Of a stretch of DNA of 64,000 nt, positions 36,003 through 48,859 are shown in pieces. How positions within the stretch are numbered: the stretch's first letter is position 1; each line of letters starts with the position of its first letter. The notes below the pieces were generated by a model. It was not told the DNA's origin and ran no database searches. It saw only the letters and a list, made by a program, of their open reading frames with translations. The translations under genes and the position numbers were made by a program. Source of the DNA: Rhodosorus marinus CCMP1338 (Eukaryota; Plantae; Rhodophyta); NCBI GenBank assembly GCA_029953675.1, contig JAMWBK010000009.1:1240001-1304000 (forward strand), in the 5' to 3' direction.

Positions 36003-38607
36003 ATGGTGGTACGTGAGGCTGACGTTGGAATCGAGGCTTTCGTGGGAGACCACCAAGGCTTCACTGCCATCCTCAAGCACAGATACAGCGATTTCATTGT
36101 CCACGAGGTAATTAATCGACGATGGCACACAGTATGAACTTGTGACTAGGGAAACCGTCCGCTCAAAAGGTTTTTGTGTCTTCTTCTTGAACGGAGTTAG
36201 GTAAGACTAGATGGATCTGTTGTAAAGCTTGATAACTTACAAGAGCCGGAAAGGCACGTTCCAGACAAAGAGGCAGCTTGGAAGTGTTTAAAGGAAATGC
36301 TGTCGGAGGAGACTGTTGCGCAGGTACGTTTTCTGGCTCATCTGCGGGGGCGGACGTCACTAGGTTGTCAACCTTCGGCTGTGTCTTTCTTCCTCGCTCA
36401 CTCTCAGCTCCATAGGATCCTCGTTGTCAGCGAAATTGAGAGTTTGAGGTTGCCCACCGAGGGCGATAAACAGCGAAGAAAATCCATTCACGACGCGCTC
36501 AAAGCATTTCCCGTGAGCACCGAAACTGCTACCAATGGAGACGGCTCAAAGGTGAACAATGCATATCTCCAGGAACGAGCAGGAGGACAGGATCAGCGAA
36601 CGAAGAAGCCTGAAGCTATTGCTCCTGTCTTCTCTTTTCATATCCCGACTTGATACACCCAGTCAATCGTGCTCTTTAGAAAGAAAGCACGAAGCGATGA
36701 TCAATCTGGATCTGTCAATAGGAAACGCAGAAGGAATACAGATTTCCCGAAGGGTACCCAAGCAAACGCTAATACGATTTGACACGATCGGCGGACATTA
36801 TTCAGACCGTCTAAGACCAGCACGAATTATTGTTCGCAGGCGCATATACGTCGTTTGTCCTCTACAAGGAGAACACAGATACAAACGAGGCTATCAGTCG
36901 GTTGAGTGGGATGTTGCGCACCTCACCCAAACACTTCTTCTTTGCTGGAACAAAGGACAAGCGGGCGGTAACTTCACAGGAGATGCGAATTAAAGGGTTC
37001 GGCCCCAGCAGATTGGCTGCTCTAAACAAGGGCTTGCGGTCTGGACAAATGGCGCTAGGAAACTTCTCCACTGCCCAGCTTTCGGAGCCTCTTCTTCTTG
37101 GACAGTTGTCAGGTAAATGCCCACGTTTCTCCCCCTCGATGTCCATGAGCCTAACACAATCGTGAATTGTCGCGATCACCTGGCCTTCAACTCAGGAAAC
37201 CAGTTCACAATTCTACTGAGAGGTATAGACGAGGCAACAACCCCGGAAACGATATCACAGGCGGTCAATTCCATGAAAAAAGCTGGCTTTATAAATTACT
37301 TTGGACTGCAGAGGTTCGGCGGAGGTCGCAATCCAACGCACAAAGTAGGAATTCAGTTGTTAGCTGGAAACATTCGAAAAGCAGTAGAGATGATTCTCGA
37401 GCCCCTTGACCCGTCCCTCGGTACGTGTGAAAACCGTTCGGAATTCGATTTTCCGCTTTTCACTTCCAAACCCTAACTTGCAAGGTTGAACTGTAGGCGA
37501 TCCAAATTCATCGATTAATCCGAAGAGAGCGGAAACCAACAAGGCGCTTGCCGACTACTTAGCTGGAAATATTTCCGCTTCAGATGCCGTTGAGAAGATT
37601 CCTCAATGGATGAACGTAGAACGAACCATTCTCTCCTCGTACGCGCAGAAGGGAGCTGAGAAAGACCACCGTCGCGCGTTCGGTGCACTTCCATACACCC
37701 TGAGGATGATGTATATGCATGCGTACGTAATCACAGAAGCAACCAGAGTCGTGCTCTCGCCTTCAGCGAGTAGCGTTCATCAGGTTCCAACACGTCGCTT
37801 GCCCAAAACCGCAACAGAGTTCAGAGCTACTTTTGGAACACTATGGCTACAGCTCGTGCCAAGGGAGGCCGTCTGGATTTTGCAGAGGAAGGCGATCTAG
37901 TCTACGAGGATAGGGACGGCGTTGGTAGGTGGATTGACATCATACCGTGCACTCAGTTGAGCTCTTGCTTATTTCATTAGCTCGATACCCGTTGTCCGTT
38001 TGAACGGCAGAAACGAACGCTGAAGCAACAGAACAAGATGATAGACCGGCTCGATCTGTGAGGAAGGTAACTGCGGAGGAGGCAGGCTCTAACGGAGTGC
38101 CAATCGGGGATGTTGTTCTTCCCCTTATCGGTGAAAAGGTTGACGCCCCAGGCGGTCCTGTAGGTGCGGCCGTGAAAGAGCTTGTGGAGAGACTCAACAT
38201 TGACCTGTCCAAGCCCATTGATAAGGTGAGCAGACCTAAAAGTTGTTGGAGGGTTGAGCTGTCATAGCAAGCTGTGGTAACACTATTCGTCCATTCGTCG
38301 CGGCATCACAATTCAGGGCCTGGGATTCCGAGCGTACGGGTCCTATAGAAGATTGATCGGAAGTCCGAAGGACGTGAAGTATGAGATTGTCAGGCACGAA
38401 ACCGACGATGAGGAAATCCTCTTGACGGATAGGAGAGAAATGAGCGGAGAGCGACAAGGTGGTGGTGTGGGGGAAAAGTGCGCTCTCAAAATCCAGTTCT
38501 CCCTGGAATCCGCTGAATATGCTACGATGTGCTTACGGGAGTTGACCAAACAGGAATCAACTGCGCTCATGCAGAAAACGGTATTGAAGAGGAGCTCTAT
38601 TGAGTAA
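36003..38607 (+). CDS. PUS7: Pseudouridine synthase of the TruD family, multi-exon
   Basis: EADVGIEAF...[40 protein letters not shown] (catalytic Asp), [39 protein letters not shown]-like end motif [14 protein letters not shown]. Confidence 0.93.
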
Positions 38608-39056
38608 AATGCGAAGAAAGCGAGGCAGCTTCCAGAAGGAGCGCAGGGAGAAAGGGGTGTGGTACTCCCGCGTCGGTGACACTCTTGGCGCAAAACTCTT
38701 GTTGGCAGTATATGATATCTGTATTTTTACATTCAACCGATTAATATCGACGCGGGTTTACCTAGAAACTTTGCAAATCCGCTGCTTCTTAAGGTCGACC
38801 CGTCATGCGGCTATTGGCTATCAGAAGGAACCATCCCCCGCGGTAGTTAGTTGCTTTGTTATGTTCCGCAGTTTTGGAGTAAGTTTTGAAGCGTTTCGGC
38901 GTCACCGAGGGCCGTTGGAGAGAACCTGTGCCGTAACCTCTTCAAGGTATATACAGATCGAAGCAACGAGTTCCTGCAGAGAAAGAACTAGTCAGAAGCT
39001 CGCTGCAATAATGAATGCATGCGCAAAAAATTGAAAAGCAATGTGTTCTAGAAAAC

Positions 39057-41383
39057 TCAACTGTTCTCATGATTCGCAACGTACCTCGTCAAGCCCAGAC
39101 AAGCCGAGACTGACCGCTTTTGTGCGGACTGTGCAGCTTGCAACAGCAACACAATAAGACTCAACACCCTTTCTATCACTAGCTTGTCAACGTTCGCCGC
39201 TGTCATGAGGGGACGCCCGCTACTGGTGGATGCGGGGAGGTTCTCCACCCCACATGAGCAAAGCTGCTCCATCGTTTGATCTAGAAGGAGGACGCATCTT
39301 GCTACAACGTTCAGAGGTGACTTAAGGATTTGCTCGACACCGTCTGGATGAAAAACACCAATCCTGAGAAGCACGTAAAGCGTCTTTTCCCGTAACGAGT
39401 GTGACAAGTCGGTACTCAGGTGCTTCCCGGCAATACGGACTAGACGTTCAACGAGCTTATCGCTTATTGCGGGGTGCTCTACCATTCTCGTTGCGACCAG
39501 TAGTAACAGGCCTCTGCCTTCATGATCCTGCCGGCAAAACAGTGGAATCCGTCAGTTCACGAGTATCATTCAAGACCGATCTTCACCGCGACACCTACGT
39601 TCCTCCCTTCGAAGACTTCGAGAAGCTCGAGGTCGGTAGATCCCGCCATCGCAGCAAGTTTCGCCTCATGAAACGCGCCATTCTGGTCAGACCCGGTCAC
39701 CAAGTCCACTGGGAGCCCCCCAGCGAGAATCTTCTCCCGGCACGCGCTGTTGAATTGAACCATACTCTCCAGAATGCTCCGAAACGGTTTTGAATCTTGT
39801 TGGAATTCCAAACTCGCTCTCAAAGGCTCGAAGGACTCCGCAAGAAAAGCATCTCCCAAGAGCAGCGGGTCGCTGAGAGCGCTTCCAATGGACAACTTGT
39901 GCGCCATCTGTATGAACAGTTCAGATTTTGCTCAACGGTCAAAACACGAATTCGAAGAGAACCAATAGCGCAGAGCGAAAAGTCAAAGAGCTCCTACCGA
40001 AAGCTCTAGTTTCCTTGTTGTGAACACGCTTGACGTCTCCAGTCTCCCCTCGTCAACGTAAATTTCGCCCAAGTCCTCGTTAGCGCGAGAGTCCACAAGT
40101 GCCGCCGTTTCTCTCGTCTGCATCCCGGAATCCTTCGTCCGGTTTCCGCGATTCTTTTTTCGTCAGCTATGAAGCTTGGAACCTGGGGTTCCCAGGCGCA
40201 AACGACTTACCTTTGTCTTGTTCTGGCAAGCTCGCTCTGGCTTTCCTTTTTCGTCCTGTGGTTGCCTCTCGCAGTTTTCCTTCGTGGTAGAAGTTCTTCT
40301 TATCTTGGGTTTTCGTGGACCTGTTGAAGACGTTATCAGCGACTCCCCACCCAGTAGGTTGGGTATTACTGGAAAGTGCTGGGCGGAAGTCAACGCAACG
40401 CCTGGTCTCGCGATTACCACGTCCCGTTCTGTGAGATAATTTTGTTTTGTTGTAAGAACAACGACACGCTCGTGAAAACGAACAATACCACGTGACAGCT
40501 AGAGAAATGCTCGCGTGGTCACCTTTTTCACGCTCTGCCGCTTCAAGTTGTCGCCTGTGAGATTCTCTCGCCTGACGCTGCGCTTCACGAGCTTCCTGCT
40601 CGGAGAGTTCGAGTTTCACTTCTTGCTGGATGATCTAACGCGAGCGGATAAACGAAAGTAGGCCCTTTTCAGGACACTCGCTGACTCCTTGTATCGACAA
40701 CCAGAGCAGTCCTGCTTATCCTGCAGTCACTACCTGTTCCTTGAGCTGCTCAACCTGCTCCTTCAGCGTTTTCACCCGAGCGCTCTCACTATCCTCGAAC
40801 GAGCGTTGCAATGCTGTCCTTTTTTCCTCTTCTAACTGCTTTTGCCTCCCTCTAAGAATAGATATTTCGCCTGCAGGAGAGCGAGATCAGACGGACTCAG
40901 TATCAGATCCCCTATGCTTCCTGAAACGCTGTGACATGTTGTATCCGCACCGTCTTTTCGTTGCAACAACCTTTCCAACTCTTTCGTCCTGAGGTCTCCC
41001 TCTTGTTGGGTAGGTTCACTATCCTTCGAAGTTGCTACGGGTACCGAGGACTTGAACTTGCCAAGAACTCCTGGCCCAAGCGCTAAACTGGAATGCAAAG
41101 GGGTTGCGTTCTGATCGCTCTTGGACCTGAAAAAGAGTAAAAATGCGAAAAGAGTTCGTTTTTTTTCAACCCAAATCTGGGTTCTCCAGGAGTTTTCCAG
41201 AGGATGGTTTTCTAAGTACCTCTCAACGGCACCGACCAAATCATCGGTGCGGCTGTAGATTTCGCTGGTGTCGAGTTCCTCCTCTCTACCCTTTCGGGTT
41301 CGCTCGTATTCGTCAACTAGGTTGTCAAGGAGCTCTACAAAATTCTGGGACATATCATCCTCATTGTTCTCATCGTTGTTCAT
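39057..41383 (-). CDS. Uncharacterised multi-exon protein: acidic N-terminus, coiled coil, helical-repeat-like C-terminus
   Basis: Chain of same-strand ORFs (40832-41383, 40167-40619, 39566-39907, 39057-39485) with protein-like composition, an E/Q/R-rich coiled coil and intervening GT-AG sites; exon joins not fully resolved. Confidence 0.6.
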
Positions 41384-44300
41384 AGTGGGGAAAAAACGAG
41401 AAGCAAAACGGAAAATCCTTGGCGAAGGTGGTGCTCCTCCTCAATCGTCGCAAAACAAAAAATCTCACAGTGCTCCAGTCATCCGTTTACAGCTCGACTC
41501 TCTCTTTAACATCCGGACGAATCTCTTCATCCCTCAGTCCCGGAGACACCATCCCACTCCGCGCCTCCAGCGCTTCGAAATCCAACTTTGATCCGACATT
41601 ACAGCGCTTCCTGAAGCTTTTCTTAGGATCATCAAAATGTTCTCAGACAGCTACAAGACCTTTAAATACTCCAACAGCGGGTCGAAACAACAAAACTCAG
41701 CAGATGCACTGCCGCTGATCTTTAGCAAACTAACCCTCTCCCACTTCCCCAAGTCAATAAGAACCTTCTGTCCACGCGAGGCCCGACAAGCAGGCTCTGT
41801 CCGACCTCGGTTCCACAGGCTGTCCCTTCCGTAGATGGCGCATGTACTGTTGTAAACATGAAAACTAATCAGGGAAAAGGCGTGCACTGAAGAACAGATG
41901 GTTCAGAAGCAAGAACAAGTACAACGAACCTGAACGTTTGCGGCTCAGACATATCTCTCCCAGCTGGCTATATCGCTTGTTAAGCAACGGATGGATGCAG
42001 ATCTTGAGACCCAGCCGCCGAGGCACAGCCTCAGCAGGCCAGACTATTGATTCGTCTCTGTATGAGGTGATGAATTGAAGGAAGAGCCCCGTAGACTGAG
42101 TTTAAAGCTCTTCTTCTGTACTTGTGAAGAATCAAATGCTGAACACGAGTCACCGCGCGTTGGCGACGGTTCAGCCACATGTCTTCAATTCGCGAATAGG
42201 GTGTCGACTTTGTCTAGTTTTGCCGTGGCTTTTCCGGCTTTAACAGGTCTTTCCTTTGCTGTTGAACACTGGCATTGATCAATTTGGAGACTATGCGCAC
42301 TTCTTCACTTCGCTTGCTCAGCTTTTGGAACAGGTGGCAGCTACATAGGTTCTCAGGCCTCGACAGTGGAGCCCGGACTGGAGATCGGCATGGTGCACAG
42401 TGCATAGAAACATATGTCTTAATGTATAGAACTGATTTGCAGCAATAGAACCGGCCCACGAGCGGTGACAACAAACTACTTTGCCGATGACGAAGTGCGC
42501 TTCCGACTAGCGTGGTCTAATGGTGAAGTGGCTGATCCCCAAAAGGTAGTCAGTTGCACAAGCACGTGCTCACCTGTGGGTAAGATTTCGGTGAGGATGC
42601 TCGCCAGCAGAACCGCTTTGCTCAGGAAGGAGTTGATCCGTCACGTAAGACTTAGCTCCGGCAGCTAATAGCACAATGACAAGGTCTGTGGATTCAAAGC
42701 CGATACTTGGAAACGAAGGGGGCGCGAAGTAGGCTTCTCACTGTGCGCTTTGTTACCAAGGCAAAGTAACAAGGGATTGGCGATGATCTCACAGGAATGA
42801 AGATTGAAAGTCAATGTGAACCAGGTTAAGGCGGTACTAAATGCGAAGTCGAGGGCATGCTCTCGGGGTGTCTCTGCTCTTCATTTTTCGCCGCAGGGGG
42901 AGGGAGAGGATCTTTTCCAACCTTCATCACTCACAAGCACAACAATAGCTTAACAGCCACTTTACGACGTTTTTCAAATTCTCTTCATCTTCAGAACGCA
43001 TATATGCAGCAGGAGTGCATGGGGGATTACCAACCTGACCTGTCTATCTGTCATTAAGGCACAGGACAGCAGCAGCTCGTAATTCCATCATCGACTACAA
43101 TCCAATTGTTTATATTAAAAAATTCTAAAATAAACAAAAACAGAACACCGCAAATTTCACTATTTTCATTATCAACATTCTCTGTTGGGAACGTAGTCAG
43201 GACACGTGGAGTCATGACGACCGGGAATCTTGGAGGACGATATTTTTATTTACTTCTATTAAATATAAATCACCCAAATTTTCCTTGTTAATAAGCTGAT
43301 GGTATCCCGCGAACAAAATATGCAATTAGGAAAGAAAATAGATGGAAGAAGGACACCAATTACGTTCGTCCAGAAGAGATATTCCAATGGGGTTTGGTCT
43401 TCTAGTAGAGTACAAACACTGTTTTAGAAGGAATTGTTTGCAGTGGTGGAGAATTTTTTATTTGTTTTTGGTTGGCCAGCAACCTTTCTGCGTATAAAAA
43501 TATGTTCTTGTTAGAGGCATAATTGTAGTGAGTAGAATAGAACAAATCAAGATACTGTAGTGCGTAGAATTAGTACGGAAAGGAGAGGTTGGTGTCGTTT
43601 ATCCGATAGGTGAAGTGAGTATTTGGGTCGAAGTGGCGGTGCAGAGGAGGTCCTAGGAGTTGAACTGTTGGTACACGAGGTGAAGCATGTGGTCTTTTCA
43701 GGACACATCCTTTGCGAGTGGATCTGAGTCTACTTCACAACTCAGGTAGCCATGGTTCTTGAGGGACTGATAATGCTAGTCCCGCTTTGGCTTCGGCGAG
43801 ACCGCCAACTTGAGAGGCTACCCTTGCTCGCATAGATGTGAGAACCCAACTTGGAAAATTCAACTGATCACAGTGGTCTACCATCAGCAAGACCTTCCCG
43901 AACCTAACGATCTCAGCCCTCTCCGGGCAGGCTCCAAAACCCCCGCTGGTTGTGCTCAACCAGCCTCGCGAAATGGCGATTCTCACACCTGGGACATTCC
44001 ACCACGAGCAAGGTCTGACACGGCTTGGGCAGCTGATGCTACAACCTCCTTGACGTTTATACTCCATGCACTCTTACATTACCCTTCTTCTCTCCTCCTT
44101 CCCAGCCGCCACCGCCGCCAGTTTTGTTCTTATGGCCTTCCCCTAACGTCCCAAACTTTCCCCTTCCTCCTTGACCAGAACTCCGCGTCACCCATCGGAC
44201 AAGTGACACTCAACGTCTTCGCATTCCACCGTAAATTCTAGACAAATTCTACCTTGATTTTTCCAATCAAATCCCAGATCTGAACGGTCACTCATCCCGC

Positions 44301-45295
44301 TAAGGAACATTGCGATCGCTAGTGCCCTTTTGATGACTCAGGGAGTATTCTGTCAATCGCGTTGGGGACGTCTTGTACATGGGACGCTAGCGCAGAGTCT
44401 AGTTAAGGAAGGGATAGGAGGAGGGGGTATTGGGAGTGTGGGAAGAAGGAGGCGGAGAGCCGCTCAGTCTCGTGGTGATGAAGTAGTAATAAAGGCGAGC
44501 TTGGTGTTTTATTTTTTTTATGGAGTTGTGTGTGAATGGGACGATAAAGGGAGGAGGGTGTCAGAACGTACAGGTGGCGCGGCTTTGCGAGTGTGTTGGG
44601 AAAGGAGGAGAGAGAGTTGTTTTTTATTGTCGTGGAGACGAGGTAGTAGTAGAGGCGAGGTTGGGGATTTTGGGAGAATGGGACGCTAGAGGAAGGCTAT
44701 AAGAACGAGTTGGGACGGTGACTTTGGGAGTGCGGGAAGGAGGATTAGACGAGCGGCTCAATCTCGTGGTGTGAGTAGTAGGTATTGGAGGCGATTGGGG
44801 AACTGTTTTTGAAGGCTAGAGCTCGCGAGGTGGGTAGGATACAGAGACTTGGAGATCTGCGGTTAGCTAAGTGTGTACGTGAATGGCTTTGAGGGTGTTG
44901 TTTGAAAGTGGTTAGTAGTTCGGTAGGGAAGCTGGAGGGAAAGGGTGAGCACTTCGGAGGTTTTTTTTTGGAGTGGGTGCAGTGATCTGTTTCCTGTCTA
45001 TTTTGGCCGATTTTGGGGGAGAGTCGTTTTCGGCCGGAATCCCGTTGGAGTGTCTTGCTCATTTCCGGTTGGAATTTCAAATTTTTTAGCGTGCCTACTT
45101 CTTTGCATGAGCTGGTGTTAGATTTTGGTGGTTGGGGTTGACGTTTTTGGAAGTTTCCACAAAGGCTTGACTGCTCATGGCAAAATCAGGGGTGTTGATC
45201 AGGATTGACTTCGATGAGTTGAGAGTATAGAGGATTGGCGGTGTTTGAGTGGCAAGGCCATGGTGGCGAGATAGCTGGCCGTTTTTTTGGTGCCA

Positions 45296-47012
45296 ATGAT
45301 TGCCCCTGCGGAGCAAGAAGGTCATCGGAGAGGAATGGTCTCCGTAACCGAGCGTGGGACTCAGACAGAGGAGCGATATGAAGCAGGAACGATCATTGAT
45401 CGGAAGCGTCGCGCACGGAAGAGGAAGCTCTTCGTGGATAAAATTGCAGAGGAGATGACTGCTTCGACAGATTATCCGCAGTTGGATGGGATCGAGTTCA
45501 AACGAGCTGACAGATTGTCCTCTCCAAAGCGAAAACGACTTCTGGAAGAGAAAATCAAGCCAATTGAGGAGCTCACTTTCGACGACATTAAAAAGTACAA
45601 CAGAAACCAGCTTCGAGCTTACTGCTCTGTTTACGGTGCGGAAAGCCTTCGATCTAGTTGTCGACGTACGCCGGGACTTTCGTGGTCTGTGAACCTAACC
45701 AGTGCTTCAGTCTTCGGTATTATTTGTAGGAGTGAAACGTAAGAGTAAGGGCGAAATGGAATACGACCTGGCGAAGTACGTTCAGCTTTTTCATCCTGAT
45801 GATGTTGACTATCAGTTGAACAAGTTTCAACAAAGAAAGTACGCTGGTGTCGCGCGAGGAAGAGGGACATCGGAGAACTGCCTTGGTGGTGCTCTGCACA
45901 ATCAAGATACACGACCAAATCGGCCATTGCAAGAAGAACACCAAAGTCAAACAATAAGGGTTAATGTGGAGCAAGTAATGGGCGGGGACCAGCACTTACA
46001 GATGTCCCAGAACATACAGCATTCTGGCAACCAGGTCCCGTCAAATGAGCAACTGCATCAGCTGAACGTTGCTGAACACTCAATGCGAGTTCCTGACCAC
46101 CAGATTCCGCAGGAAGGGCACCACTTGGGACAAAACGCACAGCTTCAGCAAGCGCACCCGCTCTCTCAAGGTCATCGCATGGCGCATCATCCCATGGACC
46201 AGCATCAAATGTCGAACACGCAACAATTGCCGAATGGGGACGACTTGCCGAACGGTCAGCACATGCCGAGCGGGCAGCACATGGCGGACCGGGAGCACAT
46301 GTCGAGAGGGCGGCATATGTCGAGCGAGCAGCATCTTTCGAATGGGCAACATATACCGAACGAGCAGCATATTTCGACTGGGCAACATATACCGAACGAG
46401 CAGCATATCTCGAATGGGCAACATATACCGAACGAGCAGCACATCAATCAGCCACAACACATACCAAGCGAGCAGCACATCAATCAGCCACAACACATAC
46501 CGAGCGAGCAGCATATTAACCAGCCGCAGCACATCAACCCGCCTCAGCATATGCCAAACGAGCAGCACATCAACCCGCCTCAGCACATGCGAACTGAGCC
46601 GCACATTAACCCAGGGCAGCATTTGCCCAACGAGGAACACATGAATCCACCCGAGCATATGCAAACCGATCAGCGAATGACTTCGTCGCAGCATATGGAA
46701 CCGAACCAGCACAGCCAACAGGAACACGGGATGCCTGTCGAACATCAAGTGCTTGCATCTCAATCGAATCACTTCGAGGGAAACGAAATGCCGCAGCAAT
46801 CGGCGGCGGTCACACACAACCAAATGAGCAACGCCGGCACCAGTGACCTTCCTCCTTATCAGGAGGGGGCTGTGCATACGCAAGAAGGTCATCCTCACGT
46901 TCAAGCGCTAGCTGGGGGGCTTGAGCATGGGGTCGAGGTTCAAGGTAGAGGTCATGATGGAAACGGGAACGTTACGGTGTCCGCAGAATTCGTCGAGGGA
47001 CCTGTTCTGTGA
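45296..47012 (+). CDS. Probable nuclear protein: basic NLS, small helical domain (SAP/HeH-like, inferred), long His/Gln hexapeptide-repeat tail; 2 exons (45296-45635, 45730-47012)
   Basis: RKRRARKRK; LTFDDIKKYNRNQLRAYCSVY|GVKRKSKGEMEYDLAKY joined in frame by a 94-nt GT-AG intron. Confidence 0.8.
46246..46715 (+). repeat. Coding minisatellite: 18-bp unit (36-bp higher-order unit), about 25 xxxQH[IML] hexapeptides
   Basis: gagcagcatat.tcgaatgggcaacatataccgaac repeated, then grading into gagcagcacatcaatcagccacaacacatacc.agc. Confidence 0.95.
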
Positions 47013-47801
47013 TGCCACTAAGTGAAGTTCCTGCAACAGGTGGAGAGCTTCGCAGCTAATAACTGGGAACGGACTTGGTGGAGAGGTTCTCTGCATCCTC
47101 GAAATGCGCGCAACCACCGCGCGTCACAGACGTCGAACAGAGAGTGTACGCGCTGCTGTGATCTGCCACATCAATTGGAATTGTAATGTACAAAGAAACA
47201 AGACATACGAAAGGAAGCAAATGCAACGCCAAAGTTGCTACTATGTGATCTGCCTGACCTTGATTCCAGCAACTTGGATGGCTAGTACTGAAAAGACCAT
47301 CTGCGTTTCATGGACAACAGTGCACTTCATGATAGACAGCGACCGTACGAGAGGGACGTATTGAATCAGTGCTTCATTCGTGGTCATACCCCTCGTACAG
47401 ACAGGATTGATGTCTGCGCTATATATATTAAAAGATCTCTACAAGCAAAAAACCTTGCAGTCTCAAGTTTTCAAAGCACGCTCAACAGGACCCGCTCTGA
47501 AGAGTTGGTCCCCACCTCCTTTGTGTGGCTAGCCATTCTACGGGAACTGTTCGGCCAGCAGCGTCTTATCTGTCCATATCGTTCGGACAGAAGTTCTAGT
47601 TCAATGGCTTTAAGGGGCTTCATCATGAGATATAGATCTGAGAATGGGTTGCCTCCCTCTGACGAGTTTAAGAGAGATCGGGACACCAGTATAGAAGACT
47701 GGGCCAGCCGCCGTAGTGGGCATAGCACTTGGGGAATACTGAAGGATCGGTGAGAAGCACCTTGCTCTATCATTTCGTGGAAAAAGGGTACATCAATCGA
47801 A

Positions 47802-48850
47802 ATGGCGACTGCTGGATGCATTGGGTTCATCGGCATGGGTAGCATGGGAATGGCAATGGTCAAGCACCTTCTGGCTGAGAGTCTTGCCGAAGAGGTGATC
47901 GTCTGGAATCGCTCGCTTGAGAAGTGTGACGAAGTACGGAATCTCGGGGCCTCAGTGGCTAGCAGTCTGCACGATCTGGTATCAGCGTTCGTATCCAAGC
48001 GTTCCGATGCGATAGCTTCATCGTCTGTGCATCTTATGTTGACGGGTGATGAAGCTACCCTGTCGGTCGTGAAGGAATTAACAAACCTCGGACTTACTGA
48101 TACGTCGATTATCAGTCATGCTTCCACGTCGCCAGAACCTACCAAGGAATGTGCAGAGCTCTGTGAAAACTCCGGAAACACGTTTGTTTGTGCGCCCGTC
48201 ACAGGTCGGCCGCCGGCTGCTCTTTCTGGTCAGCTGATTATCTGGGCAAGCAGCAACTCAACGAGTGCCTCTGCGCTAAGACTAGCAGAGGCGAACGTCC
48301 TCAAGAACATGGGCAGAAGTGTTCATACCATCTCAGATTCCGACGTCACCAAGGCCTCCGCTTATAAATTGATCACAAACTTTCTGCTGTACGCATCGGG
48401 AGAGATGTTTGCTGAGACCGCCGTGATGTTGGAGAGCAACGGTATAGAACGCTCTTCTCTTCAGGTGGGATCTTCTGATGAGCTGATAAAAAACAGAACA
48501 GGAAGCCCCTGTTAACTCTAAAAGCAGCAACAGCGGGATGACAAGAAAACTTTTGGTTTATTGTTTTACAGTTTTTCATGGACGAACTAGTACAAGGATC
48601 CATATTCCACCAGTATGGCACCAGAATAGCAAAGGAAGACTACTCCGAAGGTTCTGGTGCACCATTGCGCATTGCTGTAAAGGACCTACACCTGATTAAG
48701 CAGATGGCCGGTGGTGCTTTTACGCCATCCCTGGATGCTACGGTAAGGAACATGAGCGAGGCTCAAAACCGTGAAGGAGGGAACCTTGATTGGTGTGCCA
48801 TCGCCCAGGAAGTAAAGCGTCAGAGTTCGGAGGAGGGAAACCCTTCATAA
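47802..48850 (+). CDS. NAD(P)-dependent beta-hydroxyacid dehydrogenase family protein (MmsB/6PGD-like); 2 exons
   Basis: IGFIGMGSMG Rossmann motif, VWNRSLEK, CAPVTGRP, catalytic Lys in AYKLITN, C-terminal AVKDLHLI. Confidence 0.9.
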
Positions 48851-48859
48851 GCCTCCTTT

